From the NCBI GenBank assembly GCA_964016885.1, contig OZ024762.1:20026001-20090000 (forward strand): a DNA stretch of 64,000 nucleotides. The letters run 5' to 3'. Below are positions 12,635 through 25,750 of this stretch, one piece after another. The translations under genes were made by a program, and so were the position numbers. Source of the DNA: Eledone cirrhosa (Eukaryota). How positions within the stretch are numbered: the stretch's first letter is position 1; each line of letters starts with the position of its first letter. The notes below the pieces were generated by a model. The model was not told where the DNA came from. It did no database searches and was given only the letters and a program-made list of their open reading frames with translations.

Positions 12635-13835
12635 AAGAGTTCTCTTCTTTGGCCGCTCCACTGTATTTTATTTATTTATTATTGTGGAGGTATGTGGCTT
12701 AGTGGTTCGGGTGTTGGCCGTGGGTTTGATTCCAAGGCTGGCCAATACATTGTGTCCTTCAGCAAGACGCTTTATTCGCCAACACTACACCTAATGTTCC
12801 CCCTCCATACACATACACACATGTATATCATGACTCATACACTATTCACTTCCCTGACATTTGTATATTATTCTATGTACTATACATGCACCTTTGACGA
12901 GTTGTAGTGCACCTGAGCACTGTACACAATTATTTCATTATTATTTTATTATTTCATGTTGCTTCAGTCCACCCAGCTAGAGAAAAAATGTACCTCCATG
13001 TATATTTAGTGTATATATAGTATATATTATATATTATATATAGCATATTGCAATAACACTGGTATCAAGCCTTTTATAGTCAGTCATAACAATTATTTCT
13101 ACTGAAAGACACTACCTACAATATTTTTAATAATTTTAAAATTATTAAATATTTAGAGGGATTTAGTAATATGCCCTTGGCAGTGGAGACTTCTGTTGTC
13201 CTTGGCCCTAGGGCTACCTCCCTACTCGCCACCATAGGCGCTGGGCTGAAGATAAATATATAACCACAAAGATAAATATATAACCACATTAGTTTAAAAC
13301 AGCTTTGAATTGTAGATCCAGGGTCAGTTTGGTATCAAAATGGTAAAGAATTTACATTATTTATTTATTTATTCTTCTTCTTTTCCTCTGCCTTCTTCTT
13401 CTTCTTCTTCATCATCATTTGCCTCCTCCTTCTTCTTCTCTTCCTCATCATCATCATACTTTGCCTCCTTCTTCTTCACACACAATACCATAATTCCGGG
13501 GGGGGGGGGGAGAAATTTCAGTATACACTTTTTTTTATTTTTTTTATTTTTATTATCTGCCAACGCAACCTCTTCCACTGTTTATGGTGAGTGCTGGTGG
13601 CACTGAGGTTAACAGTAAAGTGCCAAAAACTTGAGCCTGTTCAGACAATGGTAAATAATGACCAATATTGTGGGGGTGAGTGGGTGATGTGGTGTAGCAG
13701 AGGAGGATGTTTCTGATGATGCTAGCCGCCGACCAGAATCTTCCGTTGTTGCCAAGGAATATCCAATCTTCACCAACTTCACCCAACCCACACCCATGAC
13801 ACCCCTTGCAACAGTTCTTCGCCTTGCTCCATGCC

Positions 13836-14254
13836 TCCCCCCACGCCACCACCACTACCTCCTCCCACTCCCATAGTTTGCATTCCACCACCACCTCCCA
13901 TGGTTTCCACACCACCACCACCACCTCTCATAGTTTCCACACCACCTCCACCTCCCATGGTTTCCACACCACCACCACCACCTCCCATAGTTTCCACACC
14001 ACCACCACCACCACCTCCCATAGTTTCTACACCACCACCACCTCCCATAGTTTCCACACCACCACCACCACTGCCTCTCATAGTTTCCACACCACCACCA
14101 TCTCCTATAATTTCCACACCACCACCACCTCTTCCCATGGTTTCCATGATCCCCACCACTACCACCACCTCCCGCGGTTTCCACACCACCACCACCATGG
14201 TTTCCACACCACCGCCACCACCATGGTTTCCACACCACCACCACCACCATGGTT
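13836..14254. repeat. ~30-bp minisatellite (ccatagtttccacaccaccaccacctc-like)
   Basis: Directly visible; bracketed by TCCATGCC direct repeats at 13828-13835 and 14255-14262. Confidence 0.85.
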
Positions 14255-14328
14255 TCCATGCCCCCAGCTAGCCTTGGTGTTAACAGAAAGAAAATTGTTT
14301 AAATCAAAACAGCAGCAAAGACAATGCC

Positions 14329-14372
<44 letters not shown>

Positions 14373-14529
14373 ATAGTAGTAGTCGGAGAAGAAGAAAATA
14401 AATTTTAAAATGGTTTATAATTTCTATGGCTCAGAAGTGGGGAACAAATTCATGATTGTAGATGAAAGAAGGACTGGGTGGGGCTAAGGATCATGCCTGT
14501 TTAGCATTACACAACTATGTCAGGGGTAA

Positions 14530-16255
14530 AGGGTTAAACTAGTGTTTGGAACATAACTTAACAAAGGTTCTTACATGAAACAAAAATTAATGAACATTTT
14601 TTAAAGAAATTTAAATAGTTTCAGGCAGTTTTGTTTCAAAAGCATTAAGCCAGTGTTTGGAACATAACTTAACCAAGGTTCTTACATTAAAAAAAAAATT
14701 ATGGAACATTTAAAAGAAAATATATAAATAGTTTTGTATTATTGAACCAGGGACAGCTTCTGGCAGTTTGGTTTCAAACGTGTTTGGAACATAACTTAAT
14801 AAAGGTTCTTACATAAAGTTATGATGGAAGGTTGTAAATGAATAGAAACAGCTTTCTACTTCATAAAGAGTAGTTTCAGGCAATTTGGTATCAAAAGTGT
14901 TAAGTTGGTGTTTGGAACATAACTTAATAAAGGTTCTTACATAAAAAAAAGTGATGGAACATTTTAAAATAAATATAAACTTTGATGTCATAAGGGTTAA
15001 GCTGATATTTGGAACATAACTTAACAAAGGTTCTTATATAAAATTATGATGGAAAGTTTTTACTAAATATCAACAGTTTTCTATAAAACCATCATCAGTT
15101 GCAAGCAGTTTGGTCTCAAAAGTGTTAAGCTGATATTTGGAACATAACTTAACAAAGGTTCTTATATAAAATTATGATGGAAAGTTTTTGCTAAATATCA
15201 ACAGTTTTCTATAAAACCATCATCAGTTGCAAGCAGTTTGGTCTCAAAAGTGTTAAGCTGATATTTGGAACATAACTTAACAAAGGTTCTTACATAAAAT
15301 TATGATGGAATATTTTTAGATAGATATAAGCAGTTTTGTGGTGTTTTACCAAGGGCAGCTTCACCAAGGGCAGCTTCAGGCAGTTTGGTTTCAAAATGTC
15401 TAAGCTAGTGTTTGGAACATAACTTAAAGGTTCTCACATAAAATTATGATGGAAGGTTTTTGCTAGATATAAACAGTTTTCTATAGAACCAGCTTCAGGC
15501 AGTTTGGTATCAAAAGGGTTAACCTGGGCTTTGGAACATAACTTAACAAAGATTTTTACATTAAAAAAATTTGATGGAACATTTTTAGATAAATATAAAC
15601 TTTGATGTCATAAGGGTTAAACTGATATTTGGAACGTAACTTTATATAGGTTCTTACATGAAAATTATGATGGAACATTTTTAGATAAATATAGTTTTGT
15701 ATTGAATGAGGGCCAGTTTCAGGCAGTTTGGTTTCAAAAGGGCTAAGTTATTGTTTGGAACATAACTTAAAGGTTCTCACATAAAATTATGATGGAAGAT
15801 TTTTTGCTAAATATAAAGTTTTCTATAGAACCAAGGGCAATTGCAAGCAGTTTGGTTCTAAAATGTCTAAGCTAGTGTTTGGAACATAATTTAACAAAGG
15901 TTCTTACATAAAATTTATGATGGAAGGTTTTTGCTAGATATAAACAGTTTTCTATAGAACCAAGGGCAGTTGCAAGCGGTTTGGTATCAAAAGTGTTAAG
16001 CTGATATTTGGAACATAACTTAAAGTTCTTACATAAGATTATGATAGAACATTTTTAGATAAATATAAGCAGTTTTGTGGTGTTTTACTGAGGCCAGATT
16101 CAGGCAGTTTGGTTTCAAAATGTCTAAGCTAGTGTTTGGAACATAACTTAAAGGTTCTCACATAAAATTATGATGGAAGATTTTTGGCTAAATATAAACA
16201 GTTTTCTATAGAATCAAGGGCAGTGTCAGACAGTTTGGTATCAAAAGAGTTAAAA
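14530..16255. repeat. Satellite-like array, ~14 diverged units of ~100-145 bp, derived from a MITE end
   Basis: Recurring tttggaacataacttaacaaaggttcttacataaa...gatggaa...gtttggtatcaaaagggttaa. Confidence 0.85.
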
Positions 16256-16367
16256 TGTTTCCTCTGTTAATTTTTCTTCTTCTTAGTTTTAGTAATATAT
16301 CTTAACTGATTTGTCAAATTGTATCTTTTAGATACAATTTGACTCATTATGTTCTCAAATACAGAAT

Positions 16368-16836
16368 ATGTGTGTATATATGTGTGGGAGTACACATATA
16401 TACATGTGTATAAACTGCTTATATATACATATACATATGTGTATAAATATATATGTATATATATGTGTGTGTATATATATGTATATATATATGTGTATAT
16501 ATATATGTATAGGTATGTGTGTGTGTATATCTATATATATATATTTATACACATATGTATATATGTGTGTATATATATATATGTATATATATATATGTGT
16601 GTATATATGTATATATATATATGTATATATATACACATGTTTTTGTATTGATCTTATTATTCACCCACCCCACCACCCTCCCCTCTTTGTTGTTGTATTA
16701 ATTGGCAGCCCCACCCCTACTCTACCCCTCCCACCCCTTTTTTGTCTACTTTTTAATTAACTAACCATTCAATGGCACAATATTGATTTTTATATTGAAA
16801 ATGTTTACATTGATTAGAACTGGTCGACAACAACAT

Positions 16837-16935
<99 letters not shown>

Positions 16936-16967
16936 AGTCTCTCTCTCTCTATCTCTATCTCTATCAG

Positions 16968-17000
<33 letters not shown>

Positions 17001-17150
17001 ATCTCTATCTCCCTCTCTGTCAGTCTCTCTCTCTCTCTCTATCTCTGCAGTCTCTCTCTCTCTCTCTCTGCAGTCTCTCTCTCTCTCTATCTCTGCAGTC
17101 TCTCTCTCTCTCTCTCTATCTATCTCTATCTCCCTCTCTGTCAGTCACTC

Positions 17151-17201
<51 letters not shown>

Positions 17202-17294
17202 TCTCTGTCAGTCTCTCTCTTACTTTTTTTGTTTTTCTTCACCCTCTCTCTATATATGTGTGTGTGCGTGTATATATATATGTGTCTGTGTGTG

Positions 17295-17347
<53 letters not shown>

Positions 17348-17550
17348 TCACAAGTACTTGGCCAATTACAGCTATTATGATGGCAATGACGCAGAGATGT
17401 TGATGATAATGGTGATTGTTGTTGTAGTAATGCTGGTGGTGGTGGTGGTGGTGGTGGTGATAGTGATTGTAGCTGTAGTGATGGTGGTTGTAGTGGTGTT
17501 GGTGTATGTGTATGTGTGTGTGTGTGTGCACATGCATATGTAAGTGTATG
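16368..17550. repeat. (TA/TG)n, (CT)n and (GGT)n microsatellites
   Basis: Directly visible. Confidence 0.9.
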
Positions 17551-18079
17551 TATATACGGTGTTTCTATAGATCCAGAAAAAATAACCTATTAAATTAAAT
17601 GAAATGTACAGCTCACACCTCTAAAGGTTTAGCTGGCTCCCTACAAGCTATTTTAATGATAGGAGCTCCAGTGTGGTTACAGCTCACACCTCTGAAAGTT
17701 TAGCTGGCTCCCTAGAAGCTATTTTAATGATACGAGCTCCAGTGTGGTTACAGCTCACACCTCTGAAAGTTTAGCTGGCCCCTTATAAGGGTGTGTATAT
17801 ATATATATATGTCTTTAATGCGTAAAAATGTCCGTGATCTCCAGCAGACAACTGATGAAGTGAAATTATCTCTCATTCATGCTTTCCTCTTATTTATAAA
17901 TACACTTTTTCCAGCAACCAGACAGCCACTGTTTCTTATATAAACCCATAGAGCAAATATTTATGATTAGTACAGTTAAAAGTTTAAGCAAAGAATTGCT
18001 ACTTTCCCCTTTTTACAGGATCTAAGATGTAAGATCTTGTAAAAGAGTGAAATCAGCAATTCTTTGCTTAAAGTTTAAT

Positions 18080-18400
18080 CATCATCATCATCATCACCGT
18101 TTTACGTCCGTTCTTCCACGCTAGCATGGGTTAGACGGGTTGTCCTGTTGTGGGCAGTGTCTGGTCGGCTGACCATGCCTTGCTCATACAGGAACTGATT
18201 TGGCTTGACTTCTACAGCTGGATGCCCTTCCTAACACCAACCTCATTTACAGTGAGTGCTGGGTGCTTTTTCGTGGCGCCTACACGTCCACTCTACAGTG
18301 CGGGCTGGGTGCTTTTTTGCTGTGGCACCTCCACGACCACCTTGCGGTGGGGGATGTGGGGGCATATTGTCTATATGCTTCAGCATATAGTGTACTAATG
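18080..18400 (-). mobile_element. SINE-B-related copy
   Basis: (CAT)n then ttttacgtccg...ttctacagctggatgcccttcctaacaccaacc. Confidence 0.8.
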
Positions 18401-19117
18401 TGTACTAATAACAGGAGGCATGTTCTGGTGTAAATCCTTGAAAGGTTTGTTATACTATGATAATTTCAATGACCGGGTTCAGTATGAATCCGGTGACATC
18501 ATCAGGTGATTCAAAATATAACGTAGGAATATAGCAGATAAAAATCCTTGGTGTTTAAATCAGAGACAATAGGACAGCCGGTATTTAAGCAAGTGTGTAT
18601 CTGTATTTGTCTGACTGTGTGTGTCTCTACGCGAGTGTGTGTGTGTGTATCTGTATTTGTGTGACTGTGTGCATCTCTGTGCAAGTGTGTGTGTGTGTGT
18701 ATCTGTATTTGTCTGACTGTGTGTATCTCTACGCGAGTGTGTGTGTGTGTGTATCTGTATTTGTGTGACTTTGCATCTCTGTGCAAGTGTGTGTGTGTAT
18801 TTATCTGACTGTATGTGCATGTATTTGGGAAAGGCTTGTGAGAGAGAATCAGAGTGGGGGGGTGGGAGATGTTCTGACGTTGTATATAGTATACAGTCTG
18901 ATTACCAGATTCAGATATATATGTAAACCAAGCCATGCCAACAATGAATTCCATTAACCCTTTTGTTACCATTTTTTTTCAAATGAAAGACACTTTCTAT
19001 GGTTTTCAAATAATTTTGAACAGAATCAAGAACTTGGAGTGATTTAGTAATTTAACTAACTTTCTCATTGTTAAGCTGGTGTTTGGAGCATAACATAACA
19101 ATGGTTCGTATTTAAAA

Positions 19118-19617
19118 TAATTGTTTCTACGTTAGGCACAAGGCCAGCAATTACCCAGTGCATTACTGGTACTTTATTTTATCAACCCCTGTAAGGATGA
19201 TAGGCAAAGTCAACCTCGGCGGGATTTGAACTCAGATCGTAAAGAGACGTAACTCTGTGCTGGAAAGCATGGCGTCCGACCCTCTACCGATACTGCCAAT
19301 CCACCACCCTGATGATGATGATGATGATAAATTTTTTCTTAACCACAAAGGGTCCACATCAGTAAAAACCTTATGACAGTACAGGACGAAAACATAGTGT
19401 GTCTATGTGTGTGTTCGTGTGTAATAATGATAATTGTTTCTACTTTAGGCACAAGGCCAGCAATTATCCCCAGTACATTACTGGTACTTTATTTTATCGA
19501 CCCTGTAAGGATGAAAGGCAAAGCTAACCTCGGCGGGATTTGAACTGAAAATGTAAATAAAGGGCCATAGATCTATGCTTCAAAGTATGGTGTCTGGCGC
19601 TCTACCGATTCTGCCAA
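19118..19617 (-). mobile_element. Two SINE-A copies inserted in a TTAA/CCCTTTTG-ended MITE-like element that begins at ~18954
   Basis: Reverse-complement SINE-A at ~19118-19308 and ~19430-19617; the flanks match the 14.5-16.2 kb repeat unit. Confidence 0.75.
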
Positions 19618-19694
19618 ATCTAAAATAATGATGGAAGGTCATTACCATGTTTCTAATGAATGGCACTGCCTATGATTTTTGATGCACCCAATGC

Positions 19695-20066
19695 ACTCTG
19701 TAAACTGGTAGTGCTGGTGCCACAATAAAATGTCCCCAGTACCCCCAGTAAAGAGGTAGTGCTGGTGCCACAATAAAATGTCCCCAGTACCCCCAGTAAA
19801 AAGGTAGTGCTGGTGCCACAATAAAATGTCCCCAGTACCCCCAGTAAAAAGGTAGTGCTGGTGCCACAATAAAATGTCCCCAGTACCTCCAGTAAAGAGG
19901 TAGTGCTGGTCCCACAACAAAAGGTTCCCAGTACCACCAGTAAAAAGGTAGTGCTGGTCCCACAACAAAAGGTTTCCAGTACCCCCAGTAAAAAGGTAGT
20001 GCTGGTCCCACAACAAAAGGTTCCCAGTACCCCCAGTAAAAAGGTAGTGCTGGTCCCACAATAAAA
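19695..20066. repeat. 48-bp minisatellite, ~8 copies
   Basis: ccagtaaaaaggtagtgctggtgccacaataaaatgtccccagtaccc; 16-aa periodicity in the ORF track. Confidence 0.9.
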
Positions 20067-20571
20067 TGATAATGAAGGTGAAGATGACATAACTCTGAAG
20101 ATGATGGTGATGGTAATGATATTGTTGCTGATGATAATGATGATGATGTTGTTGATGTTGATGTTTGTGATGATGATGATAATGATGATGATGATGATGA
20201 TGATGACTATGACAACAACGATGTTGATGATGATGACGACGAATATGTTGATGACCTGGTGGTGATGATGACAACAGCAATGATGATTATGATGATGATG
20301 ATGATGATTATATTGATGACGACGAATATAATGATAATTGTTTCTACTTTTGGCACAAGGCCAGCAATTACCCCAGTGCATTACTGGTACTTTATTTTAT
20401 ATAATGATAATGATAATGATAATCACCTCTATCTTTTTCTTCTTCATCTTCTTCTTACAGCATACTCTAATTATTTTGATGATGACGAATATAATGATAA
20501 TAATAATCACCTCTATCTTTTTATTCTGCTTCTTCTTCTTCTTCTTTTTCTTCTTCTTCTTCTTCTTACAG

Positions 20572-20752
20572 CATGCTCTAACACCCCTTCGTCAGTCCAT
20601 GAAGAACTTGGCAGAAAGTTAGAGAATGACATTGTGGAATTCTGGTATTACCTGAAATTTTCCATGAAACGAATGCATGACTTGGCCAATGGAAATTCTG
20701 TGCTAATCAACAAGTTGGATGAAGTTCTTACCAATGGCCTTGAATACAAAAG
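20572..20752 (+). CDS. FUT8: Alpha-(1,6)-fucosyltransferase internal exon (stem/coiled-coil region)
   Basis: ttcttacag acceptor, AG|gtaggg donor; 181 nt, phase 1 to 2. CSNTPSSVHEELGRKLENDIVEFWYYLK...LDEVLTNGLEYKR aligns with vertebrate FUT8 [20 protein letters not shown] and splices in frame to the next exon. Confidence 0.9.
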
Positions 20753-20823
20753 GTAGGGAAGCAATTTACCTGTATTCCTACTCTCACCTGTGTAATTCTT
20801 CCTCCGCTAATATGTATCTGTGA

Positions 20824-21255
20824 AGGCGCGTGGCTTAGTGGTTAGAGCATTGGGCTCGCAATTGAAAGGTTGCGAGTTTGATTCTCGGACCGGTTGATGT
20901 GTTGTGTCCTTGAGCAAGGCCCTTTATTTCTCGTTGCTCCAGTTTACTCAGCTGTAGAAATGAGTTGCGATCCTGCCAAATCAATGGGTGGCAGTAGTTG
21001 CTGCTGCACGCATCGAAAGACTGGTGTAGTGGTTCTGAGAACAATGTGACTTTGCAGATGATCAATGCAAATTGACAAGGGAAAGGCGCTCCCGCTTGAG
21101 TTAGAAGAGAACTATTGACCTTCAGGAGAAGCAGTGACCCCTGATTGTATTCAGCAACTGAAACAGATATGAAGTACACCAAATCCAATACTCCTAGGGA
21201 CGGCCCTGGTTCTTCTTATTTGCGAGTGTAAACTCAGCCAGATTAGATTAGATTA
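20824..21255 (+). mobile_element. tRNA-derived SINE with SINE-B head/core but a different long body and (GATTA)n tail
   Basis: ggcgcgtggcttagtggttagagcattg...tccttgagcaag...ctccagtttactcagctgtagaaatgag, then unrelated sequence ending gattagattagatt. Confidence 0.7.
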
Positions 21256-22214
21256 TGTATCTCTTTGGGTTTTTTATCAATTTGTTTCTTATTTTCTTAT
21301 TTACATCTGAATTGAGAAAGGGATATGAGGAAGAAATGACCCCAGTATTACACTGGTATTTTTATCAACCTTGAATGGTTGAAAGGCAAAGTTGACCATG
21401 GCGAGATTTTGACTCAGGGTCCAGAAAGTCTGAACAAATACCACAGAACATTCTATCTGACGTTCTTACAACTCTGCTGCCAATTTACCACCTTCTTCCT
21501 GTTCATATATACCGTAATTGGCAAGGTTTCTATAGCTCGATGCCATTCACAAAATCTACCAACTTACAAGAGTATAAGCATATCATGACAGCATGGAACC
21601 AGCACTGCTTCTTTACTGAATATACTGGAGGCATTTTATTGTGGCACCGGCCACTACCACTTTACAGAGTATACTATGGCATTGCATTCAAGGAACTTAG
21701 TCACTCATACTGACCCTAGTACATATTTGTCAAGGTGCTGAGATACAGGACATAAACAGTAACAAAGATATAGATACACATGCATGGTCACACACACGCA
21801 TATATATAATATATTTACATTACAAAATGAAGTCTATAGAAGCTGAAGAGCTGAGGCCTGTCTCAGTTGAAATCTGAAACAGATGTCTAGAGAAACAATT
21901 GTACCTAAATGACACCATAGTTAGTGTAATAAATATCTCTCTCTATATTTATATAATATGTCAGCTCCAAAACTATGTGTTTACATTCTTTATAAATTAT
22001 CCCCTGTAATTGTTTGATGTGTTTATTTTATATATATATATGTCATTCGACTTTTAATTTAATGTTAATTGTTAATTAATGCTCGGATTTATTACTTGGA
22101 ATCTTTGAGCTGATATTCTCAGGCATGGCATTTTTAATCTAATTTTGGTAGTATATATATGTATATATATATATATATACATACATTTTAGTGCAATGCT
22201 CGACCACTTGTACA

Positions 22215-22330
22215 TTAACCTTTAGCACACTCTAGGCGACATAAGGTGCTGATAGAGTAATCTCTCCTTAATACATAATGCAGTGCCAAGGGAAGCAACT
22301 CAGAAAAATTTCTAGCACGCTGAAGGTTAA
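22215..22330. mobile_element. piggyBac-type MITE (TTAA flanks, CCTT...AAGG termini)
   Basis: TTAA-cctttagca ... cgctgaagg-TTAA; internal gagtaatctc..tacataat is shared with 51754-51848. Confidence 0.65.
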
Positions 22331-22664
22331 TTTCATAAGCATTCTGTTCCCCTTAAGAAACACTTGGAACACTCGTTGTCGGAACTGATGGAAGTCCATG
22401 GAAAACGTGTTCATCTACATTGTAAGCTATACACGAAATGAAAGGGCCCGCCTCCTCTTACACCCCACCCCCCACCCCCGGCACACTGAATCTCCCTGAG
22501 AACTATATGATGGGTACATGTGTCTGTGGAATGCTCAGCCACTTGCATGTTAATTTCACAAGCAGGCGCTTCTTTTTGTCAAACAGCTGGAACATGTTTC
22601 ATCGGAAATAACAGAGGCTCAACATACTTTGTAGAGGGGGTGCATTGAAAATTTCTATAGAAAA

Positions 22665-22687
22665 ATATAATATATATGTTATGTCTG

Positions 22688-22738
<51 letters not shown>

Positions 22739-22830
22739 TATATATATATATATATATTATATGTATATATTATATATATTATACATACATATATATATAC
22801 ACATATATATATACATATATATGTATATAT

Positions 22831-22861
<31 letters not shown>

Positions 22862-23015
22862 TATATGTATATATTATATATATTATACATACATATATAT
22901 ATACACATATATATATATATACATATATATATATATTATATGTATATATTATATATATTATACATACATATATATATACACATATATATATATACATATA
23001 TATGTATATATTATA

Positions 23016-23064
<49 letters not shown>

Positions 23065-23129
23065 ATATGTATATATTATATATATTATACATACATATAT
23101 ATATATACATATATATACATATATATATA

Positions 23130-23216
<87 letters not shown>

Positions 23217-23580
23217 TATATATATATATATATATTATATATATATATTATATATACATATATATATATTATATATACATATATATATGACATGATCCTA
23301 TCATGTTACATTGTGATGTATAGAAACAATAGAATGGGCAGTGTGCATTGAGAAGAGGATAGCATGCATGCGTGAAAGTTAATATGCACCAGTGCACATG
23401 TTGCAGTTAATAATGCATCAATGCATGTGTGAAAGTTTATATGCATTAATGCATGTGGGAAAGGTTGTTGTTTTTTTTATCTTTTATTTTATTATTTTAT
23501 TATTATTATTATTATTTTATTTTATTATTTTATTTTATTATTTTATTATTTTATTATTATTATTATTATTATTGTTATTG

Positions 23581-23617
<37 letters not shown>

Positions 23618-23859
23618 GCATCAGCGCTCGTGTTTTGAATGTGAAACTTTATTCAAAGACAAAAACTCTATCACAGCTTTTGTGTACGTGGTTGTTGTTG
23701 TTTTAGCCCTAGGTCATCTCTCATCATGCAGACAGATGATCAAAGGAGTTCCAGGTGTGATCATTTTTTTTTGTTTATTTATTTTTTTTTAGGGTGGGGG
23801 GGTTCAGACATTGTATATCCAGTATATACTATATATATATATATATATATACTGTATAT

Positions 23860-23893
<34 letters not shown>

Positions 23894-23958
23894 ATATATT
23901 TATATATATATATATATGTATACCTACATACATATATATATTTTTATATATATATATT

Positions 23959-24005
<47 letters not shown>

Positions 24006-24036
24006 GTATATATATTTATATATATATATATTTATG

Positions 24037-24083
<47 letters not shown>

Positions 24084-24182
24084 TTATGTATATATATATA
24101 TATTTATATATATATATATGTATATATATATATTTATATATATATATTTATGTATATATATATATATTTATATATATATATT

Positions 24183-24217
<35 letters not shown>

Positions 24218-24272
24218 GTATATATATTTATATATATATATATATATATATATTTATGTATATATATATATT

Positions 24273-24347
<75 letters not shown>

Positions 24348-24370
24348 ATATATTTATGTATATATATATA

Positions 24371-24416
<46 letters not shown>

Positions 24417-24450
24417 TATGTATATATATATATATTTATATATATATATT

Positions 24451-24526
<76 letters not shown>
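22665..24526. repeat. Long (TA)n-derived tracts and a (TTA)n microsatellite
   Basis: Directly visible. Confidence 0.95.
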
Positions 24527-24530
<4 letters not shown>

Positions 24531-25156
24531 ATATATCCAATTTTTATTAAGGCATTGGGATGTGATTTGAGGAAGATTTGCCTGCTATCTTTAGCAGATT
24601 AAACAGTTATGTAGAGGTTCCACCATTGCCTTGTCTGTATCCATATTGCTGTTTAACCCTAGGTCTGTCCTAATCCAGTAGTGCCATGATTAAAGGTGCT
24701 GTTGTTGTTTAACCCCTGTTTGTCCTGATCCAGTAAGCCTTAAGAATTAAGGTGTTGTTGTTGTTGTTTAACCCTAGGCTTTCCTGTCTTCATTTCCTCC
24801 CTTCCTCTTACTACTCCCGAGGACCCAAGAAATGGTGACTAGCTGTTCCCTACCCTCTCACCAGTTTCAGTTGGGAGGGTAGAGCAGATGTGGATGAAAG
24901 ATGGAACAAATTCTCTTCAAATATTTCTCTCAGATGTTCCATCAACTCTACCAATGTGCAGCTTTTCACACACACACACACACACACACATATCTGCATA
25001 TATACACTCGCTGTCCCTGTTATTCGCGGAATTTTCCTTAGAACTTAACTAATAATTGATCATGGAAAACACCGTAAATTTACAGAATCATTAATATCTT
25101 TCGCGATTCATTTTATGGCTCTTTTCGTGTGATAATATATTACAGCCCTACATTAG

Positions 25157-25750
25157 GTGAATTGGCAGTATCAGTAGAGGGTCGGACATGCTGTCCAGCA
25201 TAGTTACGTCCCCTTACGATCTGAGTTCAAATCCTGCCGAGGTTAACTTTGCCTTTCATCCTTACGGGGTCGATAAAATAAAGTACCAGTAACGCACTGG
25301 GTAATTGCTGGCCTTGTGCCAAATGTAGAAACAATTATAATTCTATACGAGAGGTGGTGGATTGGCAGTATCGGTAGAGGGTCGGACATGCTTTCCAGCA
25401 TAGTTACATCCCCTTACCCCTTACGATCTGAGTTCAAATCCTGCCGAGGTTAACTTTGCCTTTCATCCTTACGGGGTCGATAAAATAAAGTACCAGTAAT
25501 GTACTGAGTAATTGCTGGCCTTGTGCCAAATGTAGAAACAATTATAATTCTATACGAGAGGTGGTGGATTGGCAGTATCGGTAGAAGGTCGGACATGCTT
25601 TCCAGCATAGTTACATCTCCTTACCCCTTACGATCTGAGTTCAAATCTTGCCGAGGTTAACTTTGCCTTTCATCCTTACGGGGTCGATAAAATAAAGTAC
25701 CAGTAATGTACTGAGTAATTGCTGGCCTTGTGCCAAATGTAGAAACAATT
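25157..25750 (+). mobile_element. Three tandem SINE-A copies
   Basis: Three head-to-tail ~200-bp units sharing private variants (gtcggacatgct, gtgccaaatgtagaaac) and the spacer ttctatacgagaggtgg. Confidence 0.9.

Larger units (their letters stand above)
11535..14266 (-). pseudogene. Possible decayed ClC-2-like chloride channel exon remnants
   Basis: VGEDWIFL at ~13750-13780, and an acceptor-bounded (A)KNWFIIWVEPMPAASY/IIWT from 11601 downward, resemble consecutive ClC-2 N-terminal exons. The comparison is from recalled sequences; both pieces are truncated or frameshifted. Confidence 0.4.

Noticed and set aside
21835-21892. CTGAAGA-hairpin-GAAA...GTC hammerhead candidate
   Set aside because: No stem I pairing next to the core and ambiguous GAAA placement.
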